Below are positions 26,601 through 39,051 of a stretch of DNA of 57,416 nucleotides, in pieces. Positions within the stretch are counted from its first letter, which is position 1, and each line of letters begins with the position of its first letter. Source of the DNA: Trichoplax sp. H2 (Eukaryota); contig NOWV01000157.1 of NCBI GenBank assembly GCA_003344405.1, positions 124,001 to 181,416 of the forward strand, read 5' to 3'. The notes under the pieces are model-generated. The model searched no databases and was not told the DNA's origin. It saw nothing but the letters and a program-made list of their open reading frames with translations. A program made the translations under genes and the position numbers.

Positions 26601-28119
26601 TTTGAAGAGTGTCATGGATTTTTGCGTAGTCCGTAAGGAGTTGTTCGTATTTTAGCATACGTTTTGAGTTGAAGAACTTAATGCATTCCCCTTGAATCAT
26701 TATCCCGCAATATACCTTAGATTATGATTCTACGGAACATTACCGGTGATTTTCACCTCCATCATATTAAATCAAGTATGTAAATAGCCATAATAAGGAC
26801 TTGCATCATGCACTAAGGGATATATTAGGACAATCAAGGAGCAATTGTCATTTGTCGTGCAGTATTATTTGGCTGAAAGTATTACTGAATCGTTGCGAGT
26901 AGATTAACAACGCACACAAATGCTTATCCCAGGACAGACACATTCTGTCGAACACCTTGACTTGCTGTCGGCTTTGCACCACTTTTGGCTATATCGAATG
27001 CGATAGTATGATCAAGCCTATAGGTCATCGAAATAGGACTTTTCAGATGTAATTACTGTAGATGAACATTCCTTAAGTTTATCCAGTTCGTGATTTAACT
27101 TGGGGACGTTATTATTCTATCACGTATTCCTAATATTTATTTACAGTACAGCATACACTCTTTGATAAGATTGTCATGAATTTGGTGTAAGACTTTACCC
27201 ATAAGAATCGAGGGCTAGTGTTTCTGGGTAAATCAGCCAGTATTTTTGTCATAGAGTTGATTGGATCAAAAACGATGTCATCAGGAGATATTGAATGAAG
27301 TCATCTGGACAAAATTTTAATTGGATATTGCAGGTGCATCGAATTAAATCCCTTCCATTTTCTGGATACTAAAAGCTGTTCAAATTGAGAATTGTTGCAT
27401 TACCCTACTGTAATATGCGAGTGTACGTAGCTGTTTCAGATTGACAGACTAAGGCTGTCATGTTTTCATCTAACCTTGTTCAAATAAAATCAAGAAAAGG
27501 TGCAGTAAAAGCTGTAGCGAAGTCGGTGTTTTCGTTCTTCAAATTTAATCTGAGCCGAAAATGGGCAATACATCGAATGTAATTAATTTAAATCTTAACA
27601 GAGAATAAATTAAACTATGTATGGAGTTCTTCTACAGATTTGAAATGTGCGATACGAGCTATTAATGCCTCGTAGATGCTTATTTAGAATGACTGAAAAT
27701 TGTTGTAAAATTAAAAATTTTTTTCCTGTACTGTCCACTTACAGTAATTTATCAAGTATTGAATTTGAAATTTATTTTCCACACTATTTATTCAAAATTG
27801 CCCATGGATTTCTATCGTATTGAAATGGAACCTGTGCATTAAAGGCAACGAATATCAGAATTTCTACCTGGAATGTCTTGTATCGAAGCGATTGAATTGG
27901 AAGATTATTTTAATGCATTGATAGATAATTAATGAGTAGCACAGCGGCTCCTCCTGCAATGTACTACAGCTTGATAATCATAATCATAACAGGTACTAAG
28001 CAATCCGTTAATCGACCCAAGGTTTATCCATGCACTTTAAAACTGATTTCCCTTGAGAGGATGCAGACGAAAGCAACAACTCCCTTAGGTCGAATAATGG
28101 ACAGGGAGGCGCCATCCGT

Positions 28120-28700
28120 CTGTCTGAAAATGACTCATGCTCCCCGCGTACTGAGTGTACAGTGTACAGAGTGCAGTACAGTACACTACATTACAATACA
28201 ATGTACTGTGACGGAGGACGTCACCGAGTGTAAAAGCACGTTACGTCTACAGTACAGTAAAAAAACGCCACAGTTTATTCCAAACTTTCCACTTTCATTG
28301 CGAATATTAGTCCATTGGCATACCTTTTATCGATATCAATGCTATATTCAGAACAAGCATTCTATTTTCAATCGATTGGTATACAACTCGTGTCGTAAAA
28401 TGAAAACTTGGCGTTTTGGTCTAGTTTGAAACGTCGGGAAAGGATGATCAGACCCCTGGTCTGCCCCAGCACTGTACCGTGTACAGTATGGCGTACTGTA
28501 CACTGTGAACTGTAAGACCGTACCGCGTTGATCACGTGTCCTCTCCAGGCTTGCGTCATACAAAAAATGAAAACGCTGCAGCCAGTATAGACTTGCCGAC
28601 TGGATGGCGTACTGAAGGTTGATGACTTAGAGGGCAGGCAACCAAAGCTAAAAATCTTCTCTTCTTTTACGTCACTTATATCAAACAAGAAACATCTGCT
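28120..28700 (+). promoter_or_regulatory. PICK1 promoter island
   Basis: CpG-richer region directly upstream of the PICK1 ATG exon. It has CRE-like GACGTCA (~28217), GCGTCA (~28553), TACGTCA (~28668), an E-box CACGTG (~28533) and clusters of TACAGT/ACTGTA at 28148-28260 and 28470-28515. Confidence 0.5.
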
Positions 28701-28782
28701 CCAAGCAGCAATCTGTTATTGAAGTAATCCCGACTGTTCCATCCATTCCGTTTGGCTTGTATTCTCCAATTAGACAATTGAT

Positions 28783-31700
28783 ATGAGCAATTGGGTAGCG
28801 CCAACAACACATCATAATCGATCTTTACCAACGTTCAATCAAGGGATGGAGTACGAACTTGATCCAAGGTAATAAGAGTCCAACCAATTTAATCATCATC
28901 ATGAACTTTCCTTACTATCCTTTCATCCATACTCAACTTGGTTATTCAACTTGGTCAATCCATGGATGACCAACTCATTCCTTATTCTTTCTTTTATGTT
29001 CCTTTTTTTATCTCTTATTTTATTCCTCAATTTGAGATCATTTCAAAAGAGAGATTTTCTCTTGATCGCAATCATACTAGTTGTCTTGTAAGGATTTTGT
29101 AACTGTTCTCGTTGGCCAGTTGATTGCATTGCCTATCAACCCCAATGGAAAGGATACAACATGCCTAGGCTACATCATCAATTCAAAGAATATTCTACTA
29201 GTACAGGAGTGGATGAACAGTAGAAATAATTGTATAAAAAAACGTCTTGTCAGATAGCCTAGCCTATTTTTCAATAGCATCGTTTTCTTGCAGTATAAAA
29301 TAAACGTGTATATCGATAGTAAGAAAAGGCCATGCTAGTCATCATACGCTTCCAATCGATACGACAGTCTAGACTAATTCCATGAGGGTAATAAAATGAT
29401 TGCTGATGACAAATGAGTCAGAGGAAAGACAATCGCCGTGACTACTACTTCCATCCAATTCTTGCAGTTCTGTTCACTTTGATTCTTCCATTTTGCTATC
29501 TTATCGTCTAATCTATTGTTTTCCTGATGTTGATTTTTTAACGATCATCCATGGCGGATGATGGTAACAGAAATGTCGGCATTCCTGGCAGTGTCAAATT
29601 AACCAAGGATGCCAAAAATTTAATTGGTATCAGTATTGGAGGTGGTGCGCCGTTATGCCCTTGCTTATACGTTGTACAAGTCTTTGATAATACACCTGCT
29701 GCTAAAGATGCCACATTAAGTGCCGGCGATGAAATTGTCGGAGTCAACAACATCTCGGTCAAAGGCAAAACTAAAGTAGAAGTAGCTAAAAATATTCAAG
29801 CAATCAAGGTAGGTTCCCCCCAAGAAAATAATATCCATACCGTATAGCAGTATATATCTTGGTTGTATTCTCTGGCGATAGAGGTAGAACAAGCATTGTT
29901 GAGATTTCTCGATGAAAGTAATAGTTGTAAAAATATACTTATAGTAGACCAGTATATCTTGGTTGTATTCTCTAGCCATAGAGGTAGAACAAGCATTGTT
30001 GAGATTACTCGATGAAAGTAATAATTGTAAAAATTTACTTATAGTAGACCAGTATATCTTGGTTGTATTCTCTAGCGATAAAGGTAGAACAAGCATTGTT
30101 GAGATAACTTGATGAAGAAAACAGTTGTAAAAATATACTTATAGTAGACCAGTATATCTTGGTTGTATTCTCTAGCGATAGAGGTAGAACAAGCATTGTT
30201 GAGATAACTCGATGAAGAAAACAGTTGTAAAAATATACTTAATAGTAGTCCAGTATATCTTGGTTGTATTTCTCTAGCGATAGAGGTAGAACAATCATTG
30301 TTAAAAGAACTCGATGAAGAAAATGCTTGTTAAACAAACACGTTCCAATTTTTCACCCCTTACAGTATATTGATTCCATTCATATCAATTGTAATCGTCA
30401 TAGTTATATAAAGTATGCCGAGTATTCCTTTTAATCCAAAGGAAAAAATGAAAATGTTGAAAATTACCGTATGGATAGTTGCCTACATCTGGTAGTAAAT
30501 GTCAATACTGTATGCAGAATACAATTTTACCGTCCAAGTGGATTATGTTAACGCATCCGGGTAGATTATGATTATTGCTGTATCAATCTTTTGCTATCTA
30601 CTTACGCTAGTAAAAACTCAATCTTCAAGTCAGAGCTTCTTGACGACTCCATAATTTTATCGAATAGCGATATACGAGTCCATTTCATTGATTAAATTAA
30701 ACAAATGATATTACATGGTATAACTACTGTGTAATAGTAGCATTGTAGCGTACAACGGCATTTGAAATTGGATACCGTAAATTGTTTAGCGAATAGACGA
30801 GATGAAAATGATACAATTAGAAAAGGGGAAAACCTCTATCAACATTCTCTTAGTAGAATGATGAGAACGTGATGTAGCTTGTACTGTAAATGGTACAGTT
30901 TGCCTTGAATGATAAGGTTAAAATATGTACTTGAGGATGTCTTGAATCAGACTTCATTGTCAATTCAATTACTTCAATAGGGTGAAGTAACCATAAATTA
31001 TGTTAAACTACAAGGCGATCCAAAGCAAGGAAAAACACTAGACATAGGTAAGGAAGAGAGTACTAGTTCAATTCATAATCGGTGGTAGTATTATAAACCG
31101 CCAATCTACTGAATACAATAACTACAATAGTTGAAATTTGCTTAAACGATCATCCTTCTTGTAAGTTCTTTTCCAAAGTAAGCTTTATTATAGCTTTTTG
31201 CATGGCATGATGAGACTATTCTATATTATTAATAAATAGGCTGTAGTTTTTAATAGTGCGATAAAGTTACCCAAATTCCTAACTTTAACTACCACAAAAT
31301 TGAAAAGTTATAAACTACTGTTCAAGTGTGAGAGACGTGTAATTTTTGCATTTATAATGAAATGGCAATTAACATGCTTCTTAGACCTCTACAGTTCTAA
31401 TATGAATAGATGGACATATGGTTACGTTACTATTTTACTGTACTGTATTAGCTTCTACACCATCGCACAATGGTCATGTGGCTGACAAGATGTACTATAT
31501 CTTCTACGATAATGTAAACTACAAATCTTTTTTCCGATATTATTGATGAACCATGGTTGTTCTAACAAATACTTGAAGATTGATTTACCCATTAGTTCGG
31601 ACACACGTTATTATGGGTCTTATCTAAAGTAAAATCATTTTTGAGCTATTTAGCATACTATAGTATCGACTGTGGCATGATATTAACTAGGTGTTTTGAT

Positions 31701-34116
31701 TTTAGTGATATTACATTGCTAAGATATCAGTTTGAAAGATCGTACACAGCGATTATAATTAGCATCTAATGGCTGCTGCTAAATATTACTTTTATCATAA
31801 CAGGTAGTAATAATTCATGTAAAAGCGCATCGTATAGATCGTATGCTCGATTGTCCCAAAATTAAGATATAATTAACATTTTTCAAGATTTCATAAAGCA
31901 TGTCTATTCAATGTATATAAAATATGATTAACTAGATAATTTCTCTAGTAATTTTGGTTTAAATGACAATTTATGAATTGGATATGGTCCACGTATGCTG
32001 CATAAATGCACTTTTCTTTCATCATCATTTTTTGAACCTAATATTTTAAAATAACTTACACATGACGAAATATTGTTTTTGTGTAGTGTCATCGAATCAC
32101 ATGCAATACTAAATAAATGTACACTTTTTTTACAGTCTTGAAAAAAGTCAAACATCGCATTGTAGAAAATATGAGTTCTTCCACTGCTGACTCTCTTGGC
32201 TTGAGCAGAGCTATCTTATGCAATGGTACGTATGATTTTAAACGGTTAAAAATCAATAAAGTCAATAGGATGTTGTATCGATCGTTTCACTAATGATAAC
32301 TTGCGATTGTAGACACCCTTGTCAAGCGTTTGGAAGAATTACAACAAAATTCTAGTATTTATTTAGGTGAGTTAGTCTTTCACATTCTATTGAAAGACAA
32401 TTATCATGTTGAATCGCACTAATTCATAATCTGCCTTGATTATAGGCTTGATCGAGAGAGCTAGAGCAATGATGAAAAGTACAGCTAAGTTAATTGCTGC
32501 TCATAAAGGTAAAATATATGCAATGAATAAAGTCTTTGCCTGATTGGCACTTACTGTGAATATCAGGAAATAAAGTAGTTATTGGTAAGAATTTCCTTAC
32601 TCTCATCTATAGCATTTGGCGAAGCTTTTGCTGCAATCGGTGTAAAAGAACCACAAGCAAATGCGAGCTTGGCTTTCTCAAGATTTGGAGAAGCTCATCG
32701 GTGAGATTATGTAAAATAGTATTTGTCACCACCTTATTATTTACCCTGTAATATGCTAGCTTTAAAGCTGTAAGTCATCGTGACTAGAAATTAGGTAGCA
32801 TTACTCGATCATGTTAAGTTAAATTTGTCATTTATAACGCTATTATACTGTAGTAATCTAGAGAGATTTGGAACGCAGCTGCTTCGAAACATTGCACCGG
32901 TAAGGACCAGTCAACACTACAGTTGTAGCAAAATTATCTGTTAATTTTTTTTAAATTATACTGCTACCAACATGAAAATATGAATTTGCTTTATGTTTCA
33001 GATCGTGACTGACCTGATGACCTACTTGAGTAAGGTTAGTGCTCAGGCATCAATCTTACATTATTACGCTTGTAGTAATTTATAACTTGCTGATGATAAT
33101 ACAACTTATCCATATGTTTCTAAATGTATTCTAACTTTGAAAACGATTGATTGTCAATTAATTACCTTCATATCGATCGTACTTTGGCTCAGGCAATTCC
33201 GGATACTCGGTTGACGATTAAGAAATACGCCGATGTTAAATTTGAATATCTGGTATGAAAAGGATTGCTCTTTGAATGACTGTAATATTATAACAATTCT
33301 AGAAACAGCGAAATGTTGACAATGTTCTTGGCTTATTAATTACTAGGCTTATTGCTTAAAAGTCAAGGAAATGGATGATGAAGAATATGGTTACGCGGTA
33401 TCGATAATTTCAAAGCTATATTTTCACTTGTTTAAAGGAGGCTTATTGACGTAGTTATTAACCACTATACTCATATCTGTAATATTCGTTTAGGCGATGC
33501 ATGAGTCTTTATACCGAGTTGAAACGGGCAATTACGAATACAGGTGACTTCAAGATGATGTTTACATCAGGAACTGCTATATTAAATTAGAATTAGTTAC
33601 ATTAAAGGATGTTTAGATTTCGTATGTTGTACATTTTCTAACTCTAAATTGTACTTAGGCTGGTACTAAGATGCCGACATGACGCTAGAGTACGATTTGC
33701 GAAACTTAGGCAAGACGTCATGGTCAAATTGGAATTGCTTGACCATAAGCATGGTAAAAAAAATAATTATCGTCTATGTGGTTGATTCACATATGTAATA
33801 TCTCTATAAAATTTTAACAGCTATCTACTGTATTTCCACTACTCAAGATAGATAGCGATATTATTGTATACGTTTGAAGATGATATAAAGTAGAGTAATG
33901 TTGCCGTATTTTTAGGTGATGTGTTATTTACTTATCATTTTTAACATTGCAGTTCAAGATTTATGCACACAATTACGCCGTCTAATAGGCAGTTTAACAG
34001 AGTACCATCAAGATTGCATAAAAGAAATGGAAGAAACAGATATCTTTCCAATTGAAATCGATTTAAATAGAGCTTTACAGAAAACTGCTCCGACTACAGA
34101 AGTTGAGGCTCAATAG
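28783..34116 (+). CDS. PICK1: PRKCA-binding protein PICK1 (PDZ + BAR/Arfaptin domain)
   Basis: 14 exons: 28783-28868 (alternative ATG at 28846), 29571-29808, 30981-31047, 32136-32225, 32313-32366, 32446-32508, 32613-32700, 32854-32899, 33002-33034, 33193-33252, 33347-33397, 33494-33543, 33659-33753, 33953-34116. Motifs KDAKNLIGISIGGGAPLCPCLYVVQVFDNTPAA, LKKVKHRIVENMSSSTADSLGLSRAILCND, AIPDTRLTIKKYADVKFEYLAYCLKVKEMDDEEY and YRVETGNYEYRLVLRCR are diagnostic. Confidence 0.97.
29848..30333. repeat. Intronic tandem repeat, ~4.8 copies of a 100-bp unit (PICK1 intron 2)
   Basis: CAGTATATCTTGGTTGTATTCTCT...AGAGGTAGAACAAGCATTGTTGAGAT recurs at ~29848, 29950, 30050, 30150 and 30251. Confidence 0.95.
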
Positions 34117-35940
34117 GATGCATAGGATCGTGTCTAATGTATGCTTTGATAAATTGGATATAGCCAAATATCCTGGTCGCTAGGATCGAAATTGATTGGT
34201 ATATTTTTATCAAGTGTTTGAGAAATCTAATCTAATTGAATTTGTAACGACATGCGATGTGTTGTTCTGATGTGACAAATCTTATTAGCTCATAAACGAA
34301 TATTTATAATACTTTTCGTGTATATCGAGTTCTATACAAAGCCCAATATTAATAGAGGAAATACAGTATATTCCGAGCATTATGAGAATGATAAAAGCGT
34401 ACTTAGTTTATAATGTAATATACATTGGAGCAATGACCATACATGGTAATTTATCGTATTGTGTTACGGTTATTACAAGTACGTACCCGATATGTATTAG
34501 TATGCTACTGCACAAAATGTTAAGAAATCAGAAATGCATTTAACGTATATAATATTATAATTATAGTAATATTAAAATCAACTGTCTCGCAATAGAAATG
34601 ATGTAATTATAATTGCAAAATTACGCACGTAGGTGAGCAATATTAATATTTACTGTTAGTAAAACCCACGAAAGCTACTTGGATAGTATTTAACTAATTT
34701 TTAGAAAAGTTAGACCTTGCTCTATTTCGTAATTCATTGCCTGCTGCATTCAGAAGAATGTAATTCGAATAAACTAGTTCGTAATCTACTTAATCATAAG
34801 ACGAAAAAGATCTTTATGTGAGAACACCTTGTTCAGCTAATGTTGGTAATATTGATTTCACTCTGCCAATGATGCAAGGACACTTTGACACGTTTCTAAA
34901 ATGCAGCTTATGTATTTGTAGCGTTGTTCGGAAGAAAACTTTTTATTTCTTCTCAGGTTAATAGTGCAAATATTAATGGTAGAGTAACGATTAGTTCACA
35001 TTTGTTCGATAAAATATTAAATGTTGAATAATAATTATTATAATGGTTTCGAATTTTAAAATCTGCAGTTAATGATATACGGTAGGTATGAACATAGCTT
35101 TTTTTGATCAAAGGATTTTCCTCAACCGTTTGTATGCTGTTTCGTTGGTTTAGTTATATATAATTAGACAAAATCAGTGAATGCCAATCAAATCAAATCA
35201 ATCATGAGACAAAACAATACTAGATAAATCTAGCAAAAACAAGTGAATTTAAATAGCTATAACAATTATCAACCCTTACTACCGTGATCACTATGCGGCA
35301 GGGTAATACACAGAAGCAGATTCAATCAATAGATTTAACTGTCATTAATACTGTACTATGTAAATGCAAAGGATATAGTGAGTAATTTTCTGGTGTGTTT
35401 GAAGAATGGGGCCCGTTCTTGCCAATAGCATACGAATATTAAAGTCCATGGAGTAAAACCATGATTAACAGCTACAGGGTATTTATTTCACTTTTTATAT
35501 ACTGGTAGGCGAAAAATACTGAAGAAGTAAATTTATGTGCACGTAAGAATAAGGAATAGTTTAAAATTTCGGTATATCCAAAGCTTCATGCTTAATTTCA
35601 TAGGACCTTGGCCAATACTTGTAAAAATACGATTGCATGCAAAGCTAATAGTCTTCAGTAGTGCAGGGAGTATAATCCGGCTTGAAATAACGGAAGAAAT
35701 CTCCTTAACCATTTGATCTTTCCTACCGTATATGAATGTGTAGATGCGAAGTTAGTTGAAACTGTATTTAAGTGTTAAAGAATTTGACGAGCTTGTGTAC
35801 AGCTAGACTTCAGTAGCATCGAGCTGAAATAGACAAGTTAAGCAAGGATAGTGAGTGAGAGACGATATTTAAAGAGCTGCGAGTAAGTGCAATGTCCACA
35901 GTGTCTAGTGTATTTGTAAAACGTGCATGTTATCTAGATG

Positions 35941-36582
35941 TTAAACTTGTTTCATTTGAAGTTGCACTTTCAAGCAATAATGGTCGGAAATAAAATTGCC
36001 TTTATCGACACGGAAATCCTTTAACAACCATTCGTTGTTACGGAGATAGACACGATCATATCGACATTTCCATTTAAAAGGGCGATCTACCCACCAACCT
36101 TTATTTTCGTAGCCGTCCATGGTAAAGCGATGGTCAGCAGGTTGGCCAGCGGTCAGAAAAGTGTCATCTAATTCAGAAACATTTTCATCATTTCTCATAT
36201 TTGTGTCACCAGCAACGACAACATACTCATGATTACGCAACTTTGCCATAACCCAGTTAGCACATTTCGATCTTAGAGATTTACTCTCCTTAAATGGTGG
36301 CCAATGAACACCACAAATTAGCCAGCGATCATCGATCAGAGCGCAAGCAGTACCATGTGGCCACTCATCTCCAAACGGATGAGCCATCATGCCTTGTCGA
36401 ACATAGATATGTGTCTCACCGCAATGTGACCGCTGACCGACGATAAATTTAAATCCAGCTTGGGTAATTTCCTTACGACTGGCAGGGTTCGCTTCTTGTA
36501 ATACTACAACATCTTGTTGATGAAGAAATTGTGCGAATCCTTTGGATTGGCTCACATTCCATGTGGCTAAATTGTAACTCAT
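35941..36582 (-). CDS. Intronless endonuclease/exonuclease/phosphatase (EEP) family protein, TDP2-like catalytic domain only (213 aa)
   Basis: ATG at 36582 to TAA at 35941. All EEP catalytic motifs occur in order: ATWNV, VVVLQE, ICGVHW, VVAGDTNMR, FTMDGYEN, CRYDRVY, ISDHYCL. GDTN.R, T.D...N and CR.DR resemble the TDP2 subgroup. There is no N-terminal UBA domain. Confidence 0.85.
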   Translation of the reverse strand: MSYNLATWNVSQSKGFAQFLHQQDVVVLQEANPASRKEITQAGFKFIVGQRSHCGETHIYVRQGMMAHPFGDEWPHGTACALIDDRWLICGVHWPPFKESKSLRSKCANWVMAKLRNHEYVVVAGDTNMRNDENVSELDDTFLTAGQPADHRFTMDGYENKGWWVDRPFKWKCRYDRVYLRNNEWLLKDFRVDKGNFISDHYCLKVQLQMKQV

Positions 36583-36998
36583 GATCGTGTTGATGATGGA
36601 CAGTCGTGAAAAATACCAATCAAACCTTTTCTTGTTTTGCAACAATAAAAGCAATCCCGTTAACTCCTATTAGATAATATTAATATCAGTTTGCTCTTCC
36701 TGCAACAGTGGCCAACGTCCAGATTGATCAGTAGCTAAGACAGTTGAAATCTAGAAATGATTCTTAATAAACGGCAGTGGATGACCAGATTTTTTGCTAT
36801 GAGCTCATTTGCATACTTGCACCTTTGCTCATCTCGTCGGTGTTTATGCCGTGTCTATTTTGAAAATTTGAGAAAGGCCGCTGGTGCACTATTTCATCTC
36901 TCCATCAGCGCATGAGTATTAGCCCGAACCATTTTGCATAAATTACTTGGCGTGAGATTGGACGATTTCTAGATTTTATTTTTTAGAGATGTCAATAA

Positions 36999-39051
36999 AT
37001 GTCTAATGTATCAGTAGGACTGCTTAAACGAAGTGGACAAGGTAATTGATGCAAAATGGTTAGGACTAATGAGCCTATCATAAATGAGACCATACAACTG
37101 GACGAGTACTGTATTGGTATTTGCTGTATTGTATTCTGCTTCATTACTGTAGAAACTAGAGGAAAACTTGCATGGTCCTTAAGCAATACCTTAACTAATT
37201 TCACGTAGTAATCAACTACTTTTATCGAGTCATCCAATCAATGCTAATTTTATAAAGCAGATTTACAACCAAGGAAGAGATGTAAATAAATACTGTATTG
37301 GCTTGCCTAGGTAGAAACTAGAACAAAACTTGTGTGGTCCTTAACCTATACCTTAACTAATTTTACAAAGTAATAAATTACTTTTATCAAGTCATCCAAT
37401 CAATGCTAATTTTATAAAGCAGATTTACAACCAAGGAAGAGATGTAAATAAATACTGTATTGGCTTGCCTAGGTAGAAACTAGAACAAAACTTGTGTGGT
37501 CCTTAACCAGTACCTTAACTAATTTTACAAAGTAATAAATTACTTTTATCAAGCCATCCAATCAATGCTAATTTTATAAAGCAGATTTACAACCAAGGAA
37601 GAGATGTAAATAAATACTGTATTGGCTTGCCTAGGTAGAAACTAGAACAAAACTTGTGTGGTCCTTAACCTATACCTTAACTAATTTTACAAAGTAATAA
37701 ATTACTTTTATCAAGTCATCCAATCATTGCTAATGTTATTAAGCAAATTTGCGACTAAGGAAGAGATGTAAATAAATACTGTATTGGCTTGCCTAGGAAG
37801 AAACTAGAAGAAAAACTTGTGAGGTCCTTAACCAATACCTTAACTAATTTTACAAAGTAATAAATTACTTTTATCAAGTCATCCAATCATAGCTAATTTT
37901 AATAAGCAAATTTGCGACCAAGGAAGAAATGCAAATATACTCAGTGTGACTAGATACAAGAGATCTAGTGATCCAAGGTATGACCATGGGCTACGAGAAG
38001 AAAACCTTCTAGTAGTCCATGCTAAGGCTCAATCATGTAGATTTGCTGGCAGAGAAGATTGCTGAGATGGTAAGGCAGTTTTAACTTTCTTCATCGTTTC
38101 GTTAAGTAGAGTACAAACCGGATATCATATGAGAAATGTACAAATGAATGGCCAAGAATAGAAGTAACACTCACCAATCTGTAACGACTCAGCAGATGAA
38201 CTTCATTCAGCAATACTGTAAACTAAACACAAACATGCGATAGTAGATGTTATGTCTATGTTGTAGTCTTTATTGCTGATACAACACTAACGTTAGCATT
38301 GATTATAATTATCAAGACCTAGATATGTTTTTTTACATAGTGTAATTGTCTTAAATTAGCAATTTGTACTTGAAATGACTGCATAAGATAGACAGCATGC
38401 AAGGGTATACAGTACAAAATAAAACTAAGGAGGGAGAGGGCTCAGAAGATTGTAGAGCCTTTCCGTCTTGACCTTTGATTGAATCATGTTACTCAGTGGT
38501 ATCATATCGGCTTTGGTTTAGCTTTGAGTTCAGGTATTTGTTGGTAACTTCTAATATTAACTACATAAATTGGATAAATTGATGGATCTACAAGTGCAGT
38601 TATTATTAATTGCTGTATCGTAACATTGGGCGCCATAGTACAGTAATTGGTAGTCCGGCATTGTGCCGAATGCAGTCAAATAAGATTACTTTTAGTCATT
38701 ATAATTGCTAGGCCAGATTTATACGTTTATGTGATTTCTGCTAGCTAGTATATGTAAGGGTGTCGGTAAATTAGCGAATGGAGCAGTCTATAGTACTTAG
38801 AAGTCATGCTGGCTCTCGATTCGCTTCGATTCTCTGAGGTTGATCGATTTATTATTGACAATAAATAGTTCAGCATTATTAGTCCAGCGCAATAAATCAA
38901 CTACGATTCTATTTTAGTATTGCTAGGTGCATGCACTGAGCTATCGGGATCGTATACACAAATTTCGGAAAGTGTTGGAAATGGTACGTTCGGAGTGATT
39001 ATGGAATGGATTCCTAGCTTCGGGAGCTACTTTCCATGCAGTAAACTATAA
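36999..39051 (+). pseudogene. Possible decayed death-fold + TKL/tyrosine-kinase-like gene
   Basis: Phase-compatible exons 36999-37041 (MSNVSVGLLKRSGQ) and 37954-38069 (...KKTF**SMLRLNHVDLLAEKIAEM). Death-domain-like LNHVTQWYHIGFGLALSS at ~38479-38533. Kinase Gly-loop-like GVGKLANGAVY at 38759-38791. Subdomain IV-V-like INYDSILVLLGACTE...FGVIMEWIPSFGS at 38896-39051. In-frame stops and a frameshift are present. Confidence 0.35.
37149..37940. repeat. Tandem repeat, ~4.9 copies of a 162-bp unit
   Basis: G(T/A)AGAAACTAGA starts at 37149, 37311, 37473, 37635 and 37797, an exact 162-bp period. Inner copies are near identical. Confidence 0.96.

Noticed and set aside
26500-27480. Minus-strand fragments resembling a kinase catalytic loop (LHSISPDDIVFDP)
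   Set aside because: Competing frames are equally open and no other kinase motifs were found. It may be decayed coding DNA but I cannot support a call.
27932-28688. Three ORFs of 71-165 aa upstream of PICK1
   Set aside because: They overlap on both strands in a GC-richer promoter island with fewer stops and show no recognisable protein features.
29551-29570. ATG at 29551 as the PICK1 start
   Set aside because: An AG acceptor at 29569-29570 joins in phase to exon 28783-28868, giving MEYELDPRNVGIPG, which fits PICK1 N-termini better. An alternative start is not excluded.
29538-30096. Minus-strand ORFs over PICK1 exon 2 and the 100-bp repeat
   Set aside because: They are antisense shadows of a real exon and read-through of repeat units.
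36583-36654. N-terminal extension of the EEP ORF from a TTG start
   Set aside because: A eukaryotic gene would use the ATG at 36582, which sits directly before the first EEP strand (YNLATWNV).
7755-37940. Tandem arrays (7755-8712, 12548-12909, 29848-30333, 37149-37940) as CRISPR arrays
   Set aside because: Units are 100-330 bp, repeated head to tail with no unique spacers, there are no cas genes, and the context is eukaryotic and intron-rich.
38960-39037. Small hairpin (ATGGAA...TAGCTTCGGGAGCTA..TTCCAT) and ATTTCGGAA as an snRNA such as U11
   Set aside because: No snRNA 5' end or Sm site, and the region is better explained as a kinase-like pseudo-exon.
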